In this document: positions 19,502 through 28,973 of the stretch, piece after piece
Numbering within the stretch: the first letter of the stretch is position 1
How the letters are laid out: each line of letters opens with the position of its first letter
Origin: Minisyncoccia bacterium
GTDB lineage: Bacteria; Patescibacteriota; Minisyncoccia; Phycocordibacterales; UBA9973
DNA: 64,000 bases
Direction of reading: 5' to 3'
Assembly: GCA_039809245.1 (NCBI GenBank)
Contig: JBDHUP010000001.1
Span: 30,934 to 94,933 of the forward strand
Notes under the pieces: generated by a model
Seen by the model: only the letters and a program-made list of their open reading frames with translations
Told to the model about the DNA's origin: nothing
Database searches by the model: none
Made by a program: the position numbers and the translations under genes

Positions 19502-20944
19502 CTAATCTTTTCTTGCGAATAATGGTTGCTCAGGTTTTTTGTTTGCTTTAATTAATGCTTTCAGTTTTATGTTCGTCTCTGGGAGTATTGGGTTGAGCAT
19601 TCGAGCGACTTGGTACAAACGAAGAACTAAGTCAGTCATTAGTTTCTTTCCTTTCTCTTCATCTACTTTTACAACTTTGAATGGTTCAGTTTCTTGAATA
19701 GTTTTATCTAACTCTTGTATTTCATTCCAGATATAATCTGTGACTTTTTTCAAATCAAAAGTCTCATACATTTTAAAGTATTCAGTAAAGTCTGATCTCT
19801 CTGGTATTTCTGGGCAAGCATCTAAATATTTCTCTGACAAAGTTAAAATGCGAGAAGAAAGGTTCCCTATACCATTTGCAAGACCAGAATTGTAGGATTC
19901 CTTAAATCGCTCCATAGTAAAAGGGCTGTCTTCAAATGCTGAGAGCTCGCGTAATACGAAGTAGCGCAGAGCTTCTGTCCCATACTCTTCTACTACATCA
20001 TATGGGTTAATAACATTACCTATGGACTTGGACATTTTTATACCACCTTCACCAGTAATAAAGCCATTTATGACTATTTGCTTCGAGTTTGGCAGACCTG
20101 CAGCCATAAGCATCGCTTGCCACATAGCTGACTGTTGACGAAGATTATCCTTACCACAGTATTGAGTCGGCGTGCCATCTATCCAGTATTTCTTGAACTG
20201 TTCTTCATTCTCAGGCCAACCAATAGTCGAGATATAATTCACAAGTGCATCGAACCATACATACATAACATGCTCACTATCCCCTGGAACAGGCACTCCC
20301 CAAGACATTTTCGAAGCAAGGCGAGAGATAGAGAAATCCTCAAGGCCTGAAGCAACGAATGCCTTTATTTCATTGAAACGAAAATCTGGAATAACAAAAG
20401 TTGGATTCTTCTCATAGAATTCTAAAAGTGGTTTTTGGAAGGCTGAGAATTTAAAAAAGTAATTCTCTTCGTCAATAAGTTCAACTGGTTTACCAGGGTG
20501 AATTGGGCACTCACCTTTATCATTTAACTCTGAATCTGTTTTCTCAAGTTCACAGCCTACGCAATACTTAGTCTGGTATGCTTTCTTATATATATAACCA
20601 TTATCATTACATCGCTTCCAGAATTCCTGAGCCGCTGTTATATGGTGAGCGTCTGTTGTACGAATAAAGTGCACATCGTCTGATATACCAAGTAAGCTTT
20701 TCAAACCTCGGAATCTCTCAGCAAACCCATCGACATATTCTTGTACATCTTTCCCTTCTGTACGAGCCGCAGTTAAAAGCTTCTGACCATGCTCATCTGT
20801 CCCGGTATTGAAAAATACATCAAAGCCATCAAGCTTCTTTGCTCGAGCTATAACATCGGCTCTTATTATTTCCATAGCAAAACCGACATGTGGATCAGCA
20901 TTCACATATGGAAGTGTTGTAGTAATATAGAAACTTTTTGACAT
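19502..20944 (-). CDS. metG: Methionine--tRNA ligase (short form)
   Basis: FYITTTLPYVN..PHVG, TGTDEHGQK, FIRTT, YCVGCE, YVWFDAL.NY, GKD, KMSKS. Confidence 0.96.
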   Translation of the reverse strand: MSKSFYITTTLPYVNADPHVGFAMEIIRADVIARAKKLDGFDVFFNTGTDEHGQKLLTAARTEGKDVQEYVDGFAERFRGLKSLLGISDDVHFIRTTDAHHITAAQEFWKRCNDNGYIYKKAYQTKYCVGCELEKTDSELNDKGECPIHPGKPVELIDEENYFFKFSAFQKPLLEFYEKNPTFVIPDFRFNEIKAFVASGLEDFSISRLASKMSWGVPVPGDSEHVMYVWFDALVNYISTIGWPENEEQFKKYWIDGTPTQYCGKDNLRQQSAMWQAMLMAAGLPNSKQIVINGFITGEGGIKMSKSIGNVINPYDVVEEYGTEALRYFVLRELSAFEDSPFTMERFKESYNSGLANGIGNLSSRILTLSEKYLDACPEIPERSDFTEYFKMYETFDLKKVTDYIWNEIQELDKTIQETEPFKVVKVDEEKGKKLMTDLVLRLYQVARMLNPILPETNIKLKALIKANKKPEQPLFARKD

Positions 20945-20945
20945 A

Positions 20946-22013
20946 TTAACTTAATTTCGCTTGAACTTTCTTTTTCTCTAGATCGTCGGTAAACTCAAGG
21001 ATAGCTACAGCACATGGGATAGCAAGTATCACCCCCCAGAACCCAGCAAGAGTTCCTCCTACTAGAAGAGAAATAATGACTACAAGAGGAGAGATCCCAG
21101 TTGCCCTTCTGACTATCAACGGATAAATGAGGTAAGTTTCAAACTGTCCAAGTACTAGATACATCAATGCTGTAATAGCTGCGATAGTTACTCCTCCATC
21201 AAGATAGGCAAATATAATTCCTGGAATTGTAGCGAGTATCAGTCCAAACGGCACAAGCTCAGCAACTATAACTAGTAGAGCAAGAACTAAAGAATATTTA
21301 ACGCCAATTATAGTTAATCCTAAATATGTAAGCATTCCGACTATTACCCCCATCAGCATCTGACCTTGAATCCATAAACCAATCTTGTGCTCAGTCCTTA
21401 ACCATAACCCTATAATGTACTCTTCGTGGGTTGCTGGAGTAATAATACGCAAGAAGCTTTCTACCCCACGCTCTGTAACAGATAAATAGAATGACACAAC
21501 CATAATCAATAGCAGGTTAACAACTCCACCGAAAGCAGCTCCAAAAATATTAAAGAATCCACCAGAAAGACTTGAGACTAAACCTTTAGTGCTATTTATC
21601 ACATCTCCAAGTGAAGCATTGTGAGATATAGTAGTAACAATTCCTTGAGCTCCTGAAATTGCTCCTGGTTGAAATGTATTTAATATACTACTCTCAGGAA
21701 TGTACTGACCAAGCTGGGTTACCAGAGTCGACATTTCTGAAACAAAAACTGGAACAAAGACAGAAAGCAGTCCAATAATAACAGCAAATGAACAGAAATA
21801 AATTAAAAATACTGCTAAAGTTCTGTTCTTTATATACTTCTTCATTTTTTTAACAGCGAACCCAATAAAGGATGCTATTACAATAGAAGTCAGAATTATA
21901 AGAATAATGTTTGTAAGCTTAAATAATGCTAGTACAAATATACCAAAGAGAATAACTCTAATAATAGAGCCATTTGATATAGAGATTATGGAGCTTTGAG
22001 CACTTTTATCCAT
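20946..22013 (-). CDS. AI-2E family transporter
   Basis: W.QGQ, ELVPFG, QFE..LIYP...., ISP.VVIISLL.GG.LAGFWG.ILAIP. Confidence 0.88.
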   Translation of the reverse strand: MDKSAQSSIISISNGSIIRVILFGIFVLALFKLTNIILIILTSIVIASFIGFAVKKMKKYIKNRTLAVFLIYFCSFAVIIGLLSVFVPVFVSEMSTLVTQLGQYIPESSILNTFQPGAISGAQGIVTTISHNASLGDVINSTKGLVSSLSGGFFNIFGAAFGGVVNLLLIMVVSFYLSVTERGVESFLRIITPATHEEYIIGLWLRTEHKIGLWIQGQMLMGVIVGMLTYLGLTIIGVKYSLVLALLVIVAELVPFGLILATIPGIIFAYLDGGVTIAAITALMYLVLGQFETYLIYPLIVRRATGISPLVVIISLLVGGTLAGFWGVILAIPCAVAILEFTDDLEKKKVQAKLS

Positions 22014-22046
22014 AAAGCCATTTTAGCATATTATGCCAATTTATAG

Positions 22047-23318
22047 CTAGAATTTAAGGTGCTTTGCAAAATATGACTTATCTTTAAATGGTCCTATAAG
22101 AGCCAGGTTTAAGTTCTTAGTTTGGAAGACCTCTTTTGCAACTTTCATTATAGCTTCTGGAGTCACATTGTTTATATCTTTTATCTTCTCATTTAAAGTT
22201 TTAATATTTTTACGCATTAACTCTTGTGAACCATAAAAGTTTGCTATATCATCAGTGGCTTCAAGGGAGAGCTTTGTGTTGCCAATCATGAATGACTTAA
22301 CTTTTGAAAGTTCTTTCCCGCTTACCTTCTCCTTAGTTAATCTTGAACATTCTTTCAATATCTCTTTTATGACTTCTAGCGTTCTATTATTACTAACTCC
22401 AGCTGATACTTGGAAAGAACCATGGTCGAGCGATGGCTCATTATAGGCACGGACATAGTATGCAACTCCAAGCTCTTCACGAAGCTTTATAAAAAGTCGT
22501 GAGCTCATACCTGCTCCGAGTAGAGCAGACATAACTGACAAAGTAACATTTCTTTTATCATTAATTGGAAAAGTCCTAACTCCAAGTACGAAGTGCGTCT
22601 GATCTGTAACTTTATTCTTAATTAAAATATTTGGCTTTGTTTGTATATCTTTTGTTTTTACTTTTCCAACCTTCTTACCTGTATGAACATCACCGAAATG
22701 TTTAGTTACTTCTTTACTGACTTCAGTACTACTTATATTACCCGCTACAACTATAACAGTTGCACCTGCAACATAATGCTCAGATTTATATTTAACGAAT
22801 TGCTCACGAGTCATAGCTTTTACATTCTCTCTAGTTCCTGCGATATTCCATCCTGCTGGTTGATCACCGTATAGAACTTCTTGGAATAAATCTTGGACAT
22901 GACTCTGTGGCATATCTTCGTACATATTTATCTCTTCGACTATTACCCCCTTCTCTTTCTGCATCTCTTTCTCTGGGAAAGTAGAGTTTAAATAAATATC
23001 CGAAATGACATCAAAGATTTTCTTGAAGTTCTTTGCATCACTCTTAGCATAATACCCTGTCATCTCATGAGAAGTGAAAGCATTATACTGACAACCTAAA
23101 GCATCTAGCTCGTGTGATATAGCTTGAGCTGATGGTCTCCTGGTAGTACCTTTAAAGCACATATGCTCAAGAAAGTGCGATATACCATTATTCTTTTTTG
23201 TCTCATAGTTGCTCCCTGTACCAACTAGGACAAGGACGGTCACTGTCGGATTATCTTTCATAGGCACAGTCACTATTCGTAGACCATTCTTTAATGTTTT
23301 CTTTTTCGGATTTTGCAT
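22047..23318 (-). CDS. M16 (pitrilysin) family zinc peptidase
   Basis: GISHFLEHMCFKGT (HxxEH), NAFTS, EKGVIVEEI, LG.GMSSRLF..LREE.G. Confidence 0.93.
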   Translation of the reverse strand: MQNPKKKTLKNGLRIVTVPMKDNPTVTVLVLVGTGSNYETKKNNGISHFLEHMCFKGTTRRPSAQAISHELDALGCQYNAFTSHEMTGYYAKSDAKNFKKIFDVISDIYLNSTFPEKEMQKEKGVIVEEINMYEDMPQSHVQDLFQEVLYGDQPAGWNIAGTRENVKAMTREQFVKYKSEHYVAGATVIVVAGNISSTEVSKEVTKHFGDVHTGKKVGKVKTKDIQTKPNILIKNKVTDQTHFVLGVRTFPINDKRNVTLSVMSALLGAGMSSRLFIKLREELGVAYYVRAYNEPSLDHGSFQVSAGVSNNRTLEVIKEILKECSRLTKEKVSGKELSKVKSFMIGNTKLSLEATDDIANFYGSQELMRKNIKTLNEKIKDINNVTPEAIMKVAKEVFQTKNLNLALIGPFKDKSYFAKHLKF

Positions 23319-24616
23319 TAATTCAATCTATCTTTTATATAATCAATTATCTCACCTTTTTTTACTCTCTCTTGCATACCTGTATCGCGATCTCGGATAG
23401 TCACTGAATCATCTGTAAGAGTATCGAAGTCTATTACTATACACCAAGGTGTACCTATCTCATCTTGTCTTCTATATCGCTTACCAATATTACCATTATC
23501 ATCCCACATGACTCGGCCAAACTCAGTTTTAAGCATCCCATATACTACATGAGCTTCATTTACAAGCTCAGGTTTATTCTTCAGTAATGGCGATACAGCG
23601 CAGATAACCGGAGCCATACTAGGCTTGAAAGATAAGTAGCTTCGAGTTTCTTCATTCTGTGTATCTTCTTTATAAGCTGATATGAGTAGAGCAAGTAACA
23701 TTCTATCTACGCCCATAGAAGGTTCTATAACATGGGGAACAATCTTTTCTTTTGCTTCCTCGTCTATATAATCAAGCTTATGGTTATCTAAATCGAAACT
23801 TCCTCGATAAGCAAGTCCTAGAAGTTCTTTCTGACCAAATGGGAAGTCAAACTCGAAATCAATCGTACGTTTAGAGTAATGAGCGCGGTCATTGTCCCCT
23901 ACTTCAATCTCATGAAGCATGCTCATATCGAGTCCAAGTTCTTCGACAAACTCATTCACAACATCTCTCCAATACACGAAATACTTTTCCCAATCTTCTG
24001 GGCGAATAAAGTATTCGACTTCCATCTGCTCCATTTCACGAACTCGGAAGACAAAGTCTCGAGGAGTTATCTCGTTTCGAAATGCTTTACCAATCTGAGC
24101 GATTCCAAAAGGTAGCTTTGGATGGAAAGAATCGACGATATTTTTAAAATTAACGAACACTCCTTGAGCAGTCTCTGGACGTAGGTATACCGTCGCCGAT
24201 GAATCTTCTACAGCACCTATCTTAGTAGAGAACATCATATTGAATTGACGTGACTCACCTAGTGCTCCTTTGCAATCAGGGCATACTCTAGGATCATCAA
24301 GCTGGTCAGCACGAAAACGGTGGTGGCACTTACTACACTCCACAAGTGGATCGGAAAATCCAGCGACGTGGCCAGACGCCTCCCAGACTTTTGAGCTCAT
24401 AAGGATGCTCGCATCAACTTCATACATATCTGTACGTGATGATACGAACTTTTTGCGCCAAGCATCTTTAATATTATTCTTAAGAGCTACTCCGAGTGGT
24501 CCGTAATCCCAAGTCCCCGCAAGTCCTCCGTATATTTCAGAACCTTGATAGACGAAACCTCTGCGCTTAGCAAGCGAGATTATTTTTTCCATTAAATTAT
24601 TTTCTTCTTTTGACAT
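23318..24616 (-). CDS. glyS: Glycine--tRNA ligase, alpha2 homodimeric type
   Basis: RRGF...SEIYGG, LRPETAQG, AQIGKAFRNEI.PR, VIEPS.GVDR, IGKRYRRQDEIGTP. Confidence 0.96.
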   Translation of the reverse strand: MSKEENNLMEKIISLAKRRGFVYQGSEIYGGLAGTWDYGPLGVALKNNIKDAWRKKFVSSRTDMYEVDASILMSSKVWEASGHVAGFSDPLVECSKCHHRFRADQLDDPRVCPDCKGALGESRQFNMMFSTKIGAVEDSSATVYLRPETAQGVFVNFKNIVDSFHPKLPFGIAQIGKAFRNEITPRDFVFRVREMEQMEVEYFIRPEDWEKYFVYWRDVVNEFVEELGLDMSMLHEIEVGDNDRAHYSKRTIDFEFDFPFGQKELLGLAYRGSFDLDNHKLDYIDEEAKEKIVPHVIEPSMGVDRMLLALLISAYKEDTQNEETRSYLSFKPSMAPVICAVSPLLKNKPELVNEAHVVYGMLKTEFGRVMWDDNGNIGKRYRRQDEIGTPWCIVIDFDTLTDDSVTIRDRDTGMQERVKKGEIIDYIKDRLN

Positions 24617-24621
24617 AAATA

Positions 24622-26523
24622 TTATTCAACAACTCTCTCGTTCCCGTATTGGAAATTCTGATCACTTGTAATTAAAGTAGTAATAGGACCTCTTGAACTC
24701 TTTACAACTGTATTAGTAAATGAATCTGTTCCTGAAAGGAAAACATCTTTCATAAGTTGTGGCACACTTCCAACTTGAGCAAGTGATGGTTTAAGAGCAA
24801 CCATAAATGAAACTTCTCGACTAGTCTCGAGTCCTGTATATGAGCGAACCGTTCCTATGTCCCACACTACTTCCCGAGTAGTGGCATTATATGCTACTTT
24901 CTCTATAGATCCAGGCTTAGGTCCTACCCAAGTCACATATATAGGAAGTATTGAACGAGCCTGAGCTTGGTTAACTGTATTAGCAGAATTTGAAAGTGTC
25001 CATGTTATTGTATACGTTGTTTCCGATTCAGCTTTTGGAGGCAAAGGACCAGAAGTAAAGCTAGCAGAAGAAGCGATCTGGAAATCTGAAACTATCTTCA
25101 CTATCTTTTTAGCAAAGTTATTTACATCACTAAATGTTGAACCAACAGAAGGCTGATTGCCTTTTATACTTACATCTAGTTCCACTTGTGGATCCTTTAT
25201 AGTATTTGAAGCTCCTATGAGTGACTTCGGTTTGAAATTAAATGAGACAACTCCACTAGCCCCAGGCTCGATACTTCCAAGTTCAGGAATAGTATTCTTG
25301 TCCCAAATTATTCTATTGTTTGATGAATCATAAAATCCTTCACGTGGATTGACTGTACTCTTATCAAATGCATTTCCAGACATATTCACGATAATTTGCG
25401 CATCGGTAATACGAGTTGAAAGATTATTAACCCAAGAAATCTCAGAACTTACAGATTCTCCTCCTGAAGCTGTGTATGTAGGTAGGTTCTGTCCGTTTAC
25501 TAATATGCGTGCTTCTAAGAACGGCTTAGTTATAGTCACAGTTTGAAGGAGTGAAGTATAGACAACATTCACCACAGATAAATCTGTTGGACTGGTAGTC
25601 CCAGCGTAGACGTGGAATACCTGCTGGTCTCCATCCTGGCCTATAAGGCGACCTTTAACTGTAATCTGCACAGGGTTAGCTTGAGTCAGAGAAGCCAAAC
25701 TCCAAACACTCTGACCGATAGTTGGCTGGGGTGTAGCACTGTCGAAAACGAAGTTAGGAGGATAAGTAACTTGTAGCATTGTTGTCTCCTGAGGAAGGCT
25801 TGTGTTTAGAGTTGCATTAATAGTGAATGAGACAAGCTGGTTAGATGTAGCTTGATCTGGAGCATCAATACGAAGAGAAAGTGGAGCAGAACTTATCGTG
25901 ACTTGGTATTCTTTATCTTTAGTAAAGATGGCATTTGATCCCTCTGGGTGATATTGCAGACTAATCTTTACATTGCGGACCGACTTCTCATCCCCAAAGA
26001 GGCTAACTTTTACATTACGAGTGATGCTCTGACCTTTCTTTATAGTTCCTATAGTCTCACGAGGTAGCCTAATTACGTCACTAGCATTATCACTAGCGCC
26101 ACGTGGGTACTCGATTAATAAGTCAGCAAGTTCGAGGTCAGCATTATTACGATTTGTTATCTCAATTTGTAGTGGTAGTTCATCGCCTCCTTTTGTAAAC
26201 GCATTCCCGAGCACAGTAATGTCGATATTATCACTCGATACTGATATACCTCCAGTGGTATACATATAGAAAGCAAACCCAATGGCTCCGATGAAAAAGA
26301 TAACTGATATTACAAAGAATTTCTTGAAGAATGATGTTTTCGGCTTTTTGATTGTGGTATTCATTGACGAGTTTTCTGACTTAACATCTTCTTTCCATTC
26401 ATTGGCGACTTTGAAGTTTTGTGGATGGAGGACTCCCTCGTGTCGACGATCGACACCTGTATCTTTCGGATCATAGAGACGACGCTTAATGTCCTCAATT
26501 TTATTGTGATCTTCTTCTAACAT
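24622..26523 (-). CDS. Membrane-anchored multi-Ig (DUF11-like) hypothetical protein
   Basis: Single TM near aa 70, repeated beta-rich modules; GPLPPKA..ETTYTITW. Confidence 0.7.
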   Translation of the reverse strand: MLEEDHNKIEDIKRRLYDPKDTGVDRRHEGVLHPQNFKVANEWKEDVKSENSSMNTTIKKPKTSFFKKFFVISVIFFIGAIGFAFYMYTTGGISVSSDNIDITVLGNAFTKGGDELPLQIEITNRNNADLELADLLIEYPRGASDNASDVIRLPRETIGTIKKGQSITRNVKVSLFGDEKSVRNVKISLQYHPEGSNAIFTKDKEYQVTISSAPLSLRIDAPDQATSNQLVSFTINATLNTSLPQETTMLQVTYPPNFVFDSATPQPTIGQSVWSLASLTQANPVQITVKGRLIGQDGDQQVFHVYAGTTSPTDLSVVNVVYTSLLQTVTITKPFLEARILVNGQNLPTYTASGGESVSSEISWVNNLSTRITDAQIIVNMSGNAFDKSTVNPREGFYDSSNNRIIWDKNTIPELGSIEPGASGVVSFNFKPKSLIGASNTIKDPQVELDVSIKGNQPSVGSTFSDVNNFAKKIVKIVSDFQIASSASFTSGPLPPKAESETTYTITWTLSNSANTVNQAQARSILPIYVTWVGPKPGSIEKVAYNATTREVVWDIGTVRSYTGLETSREVSFMVALKPSLAQVGSVPQLMKDVFLSGTDSFTNTVVKSSRGPITTLITSDQNFQYGNERVVE

Positions 26524-26549
26524 ATAGGTTTTATTATAGCATAAGAATG

Positions 26550-27134
26550 CTAAAGGTGGCTCTCGTTTAAGGCTTTATTTATATGGGCTATTATTGACTG
26601 TCGCTCTTTTAAAAGGTTATCTGTTTCGATTGTAGAAAATTCAGCTTCTAAGTATCGTGCAAGTGCTCCTGACTCACCTATGTAACCGAGGGTATTCATA
26701 ATGCGTAGGACTAGGTGAAGCTCTAGCGCTGTGCGAGTCTCGTTTGATGTATTCGGATCATCAAGTAAATATAGCGCTTGGATAAAGTCGTTGAAAATCT
26801 TCTCGTGGGCTTCTTCCCCATCGCATAACCTTTCAATAAGTTTACTTATGCGAGCAATTAACAAAAGAGATTGTCTATCAGAACGTGCGTAAGGAAATGA
26901 ATTGGCAGTTGTCGCCGATGTTACCCTCCATATATCCCTACCGCGGACTAGGTCAACTTGTGCATAAGCAAAATCTTGTAAAGCAAAACGAAGTTTAGAT
27001 TTATTCAGTCGTACTCCTTGAGCAACTGCTCGCACCAAACCCATCTCTTTCGTATAAATTAGAAAAAGTTTATTCGCCTCGCCCATATTACGCGAACTCG
27101 TTATAAATCCATTTGTGTGATAAATGTGGTGCAT
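26550..27134 (-). CDS. recO: DNA repair protein RecO (short form)
   Basis: GEANK...IYT..MGLVRAVAQGVR..KSKLR OB fold; adjacent to glyS. Confidence 0.85.
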   Translation of the reverse strand: MHHIYHTNGFITSSRNMGEANKLFLIYTKEMGLVRAVAQGVRLNKSKLRFALQDFAYAQVDLVRGRDIWRVTSATTANSFPYARSDRQSLLLIARISKLIERLCDGEEAHEKIFNDFIQALYLLDDPNTSNETRTALELHLVLRIMNTLGYIGESGALARYLEAEFSTIETDNLLKERQSIIAHINKALNESHL

Positions 27135-27775
27135 TAAATTTCTTCTTCTTTTCCTATTTCTAAAACTTTAAATTCAATTCCGTTTTTGGGCAACACAATT
27201 GAAGGTACTCGGTGTGCGGTGCCAAAGTTTGGTGCAAGCATCCCATCATGGACTGGGAAACATAAACGTGGTTTTAACTCTAATGCATATTTGATAGGTG
27301 TTTTAATATTTGTCCAAGGACCTGCTACTGGCAGAGCAAGAATATCCACCTTCTTACCAGGATTTGTAAAAGCATCACCTGGGTAAAATAAATCTTTCCC
27401 AATAAAGTATCCAGTATTTTGCACTTGCCCTATTTCTTCATAAATCTCTTCATGTTTATCTCCATGGGCTTCAAAGTACACAGATTCGAGCTCTGTAGAC
27501 TGCCCATCCTCTAGTAACTTGAAAGGTATGCCATGCTCTCCAAGTAACTTACCTACTGCAGAATTTGTAATAATGTCTAGATTAGAATTATTAGAAATAA
27601 TTTTTTTAAGTGAATCAATATGGAAATGATCAGGATGCTCGTGTGTAATCACTACTATATCTATGCCAGTGTATACACTTTGCTCATCGATAGTATAACT
27701 ACCTGGATCAGTCATTATCCTTTTTCCATCTATTTCTATTACTAAACAACAGTGCCCAAGTTTCTTTATTTTCAT
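27134..27775 (-). CDS. MBL-fold metallo-hydrolase
   Basis: GHCC, DPG, THEHPDH, YPGD, PVHDG. Confidence 0.9.
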   Translation of the reverse strand: MKIKKLGHCCLVIEIDGKRIMTDPGSYTIDEQSVYTGIDIVVITHEHPDHFHIDSLKKIISNNSNLDIITNSAVGKLLGEHGIPFKLLEDGQSTELESVYFEAHGDKHEEIYEEIGQVQNTGYFIGKDLFYPGDAFTNPGKKVDILALPVAGPWTNIKTPIKYALELKPRLCFPVHDGMLAPNFGTAHRVPSIVLPKNGIEFKVLEIGKEEEI

Positions 27776-27782
27776 AAAATTC

Positions 27783-28505
27783 TTAATTTAAGTTATTTTT
27801 CTCAGAATTGAAATCAGAGAAAGCTTTCTCCATTATTTCTCTAGTATTAAAGTCAAAAGCGTCAACTATCTCGAATATCTTGGCATTATAATTCGCAACT
27901 ATATCATCTTGAATTTTCATGTTTGTGTTTATATTTACACTTTTATCGTTTGCCGTTACTGAAAATTGATTTTTCTGACTTAAGCTAAATAATTCTTGCA
28001 AATCATGAAGTTGCTTATCTTTTGAAATGAATAATTCTTCCAGTGAATCATCAAATAGTTTCTTTATTCCTTGTAATTTTTGCAATTCAACGATTGTTAA
28101 CGTGGTGTTTTTTTCTAATTCTTCAATTTGTTTATTGAATTCGTCATGCTTTTTCTGCCAAACATCATACGGCTTAGTATCAAGCATTATTTTTGCTGCT
28201 TCTAATTGTGTATCAAGGGTTTTTATTGGAGTATCAAATAATTCATCTATCGATACTTTTTGGCTTTTATCAGATTTAGATAACTCTCTTGTTGTTATAT
28301 CCATTAATTCCTTTATTTTTGTTGTACATAAAAAGGCCTCGGAATCAATCTGGTCTTGATATCCTTTGTACTTATCAACTATTGCAACTTCACTAAAAAA
28401 ACTGCTTATAATATTCTTATAAAGATAAGCTTTTTCATTAATTTTTTCCTTAAATTTATTAAAATTGTCTTCGTTATTTTCTTGAGATAAGTTTAATCCT
28501 TCCAT
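27783..28505 (-). CDS. Hypothetical helical protein
   Basis: 240-aa ORF, coiled-coil-like; TGGTAAAAT 6 nt before ATG. Confidence 0.65.
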   Translation of the reverse strand: MEGLNLSQENNEDNFNKFKEKINEKAYLYKNIISSFFSEVAIVDKYKGYQDQIDSEAFLCTTKIKELMDITTRELSKSDKSQKVSIDELFDTPIKTLDTQLEAAKIMLDTKPYDVWQKKHDEFNKQIEELEKNTTLTIVELQKLQGIKKLFDDSLEELFISKDKQLHDLQELFSLSQKNQFSVTANDKSVNINTNMKIQDDIVANYNAKIFEIVDAFDFNTREIMEKAFSDFNSEKNNLN

Positions 28506-28509
28506 ATAT

Positions 28510-28971
28510 CTATTTTACCATATTTTTGGAATCAAATTCATCTAAGTGCTTCTGTGCCTGCTCTAGAGTTTTTATTCGACATTCTTTTTTAAATCCAAAT
28601 GTATTACGAGCTTCTTCAAAAGTGGCCCACTTATATTCAAGGATTTCACCCTCTTGAATTTTAACCGTCTTATCTTTTACAATTCCAATAAAGTATTTAC
28701 ATACCCTATCTATTATTTTTCCATCAAGATTAAACTCATAACGTTCATCAATAAGTGGAACGTCTAACAATTCTATATTAGTAATTCCAGTCTCTTCTTT
28801 TAATTCACGCATAGCGATTAAAAGAGGATCTGTTTCACCTTCTTCTCGTTTTCCTTTAGGGTAACTCCAATTATTGAATTCCTTATTTTGAAAAAGTATA
28901 AGGAATTTATATTCACTTTCTTCCTTGAAAACTGTTACTACTCCATAAGCTATTTGTTCAATACGAGACAT
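28510..28971 (-). CDS. NUDIX hydrolase (Ap4A hydrolase-like)
   Basis: AYGVV, WSYPKGKREEGE......AMRELKEETGI. Confidence 0.88.
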   Translation of the reverse strand: MSRIEQIAYGVVTVFKEESEYKFLILFQNKEFNNWSYPKGKREEGETDPLLIAMRELKEETGITNIELLDVPLIDERYEFNLDGKIIDRVCKYFIGIVKDKTVKIQEGEILEYKWATFEEARNTFGFKKECRIKTLEQAQKHLDEFDSKNMVK

Positions 28972-28973
28972 AT

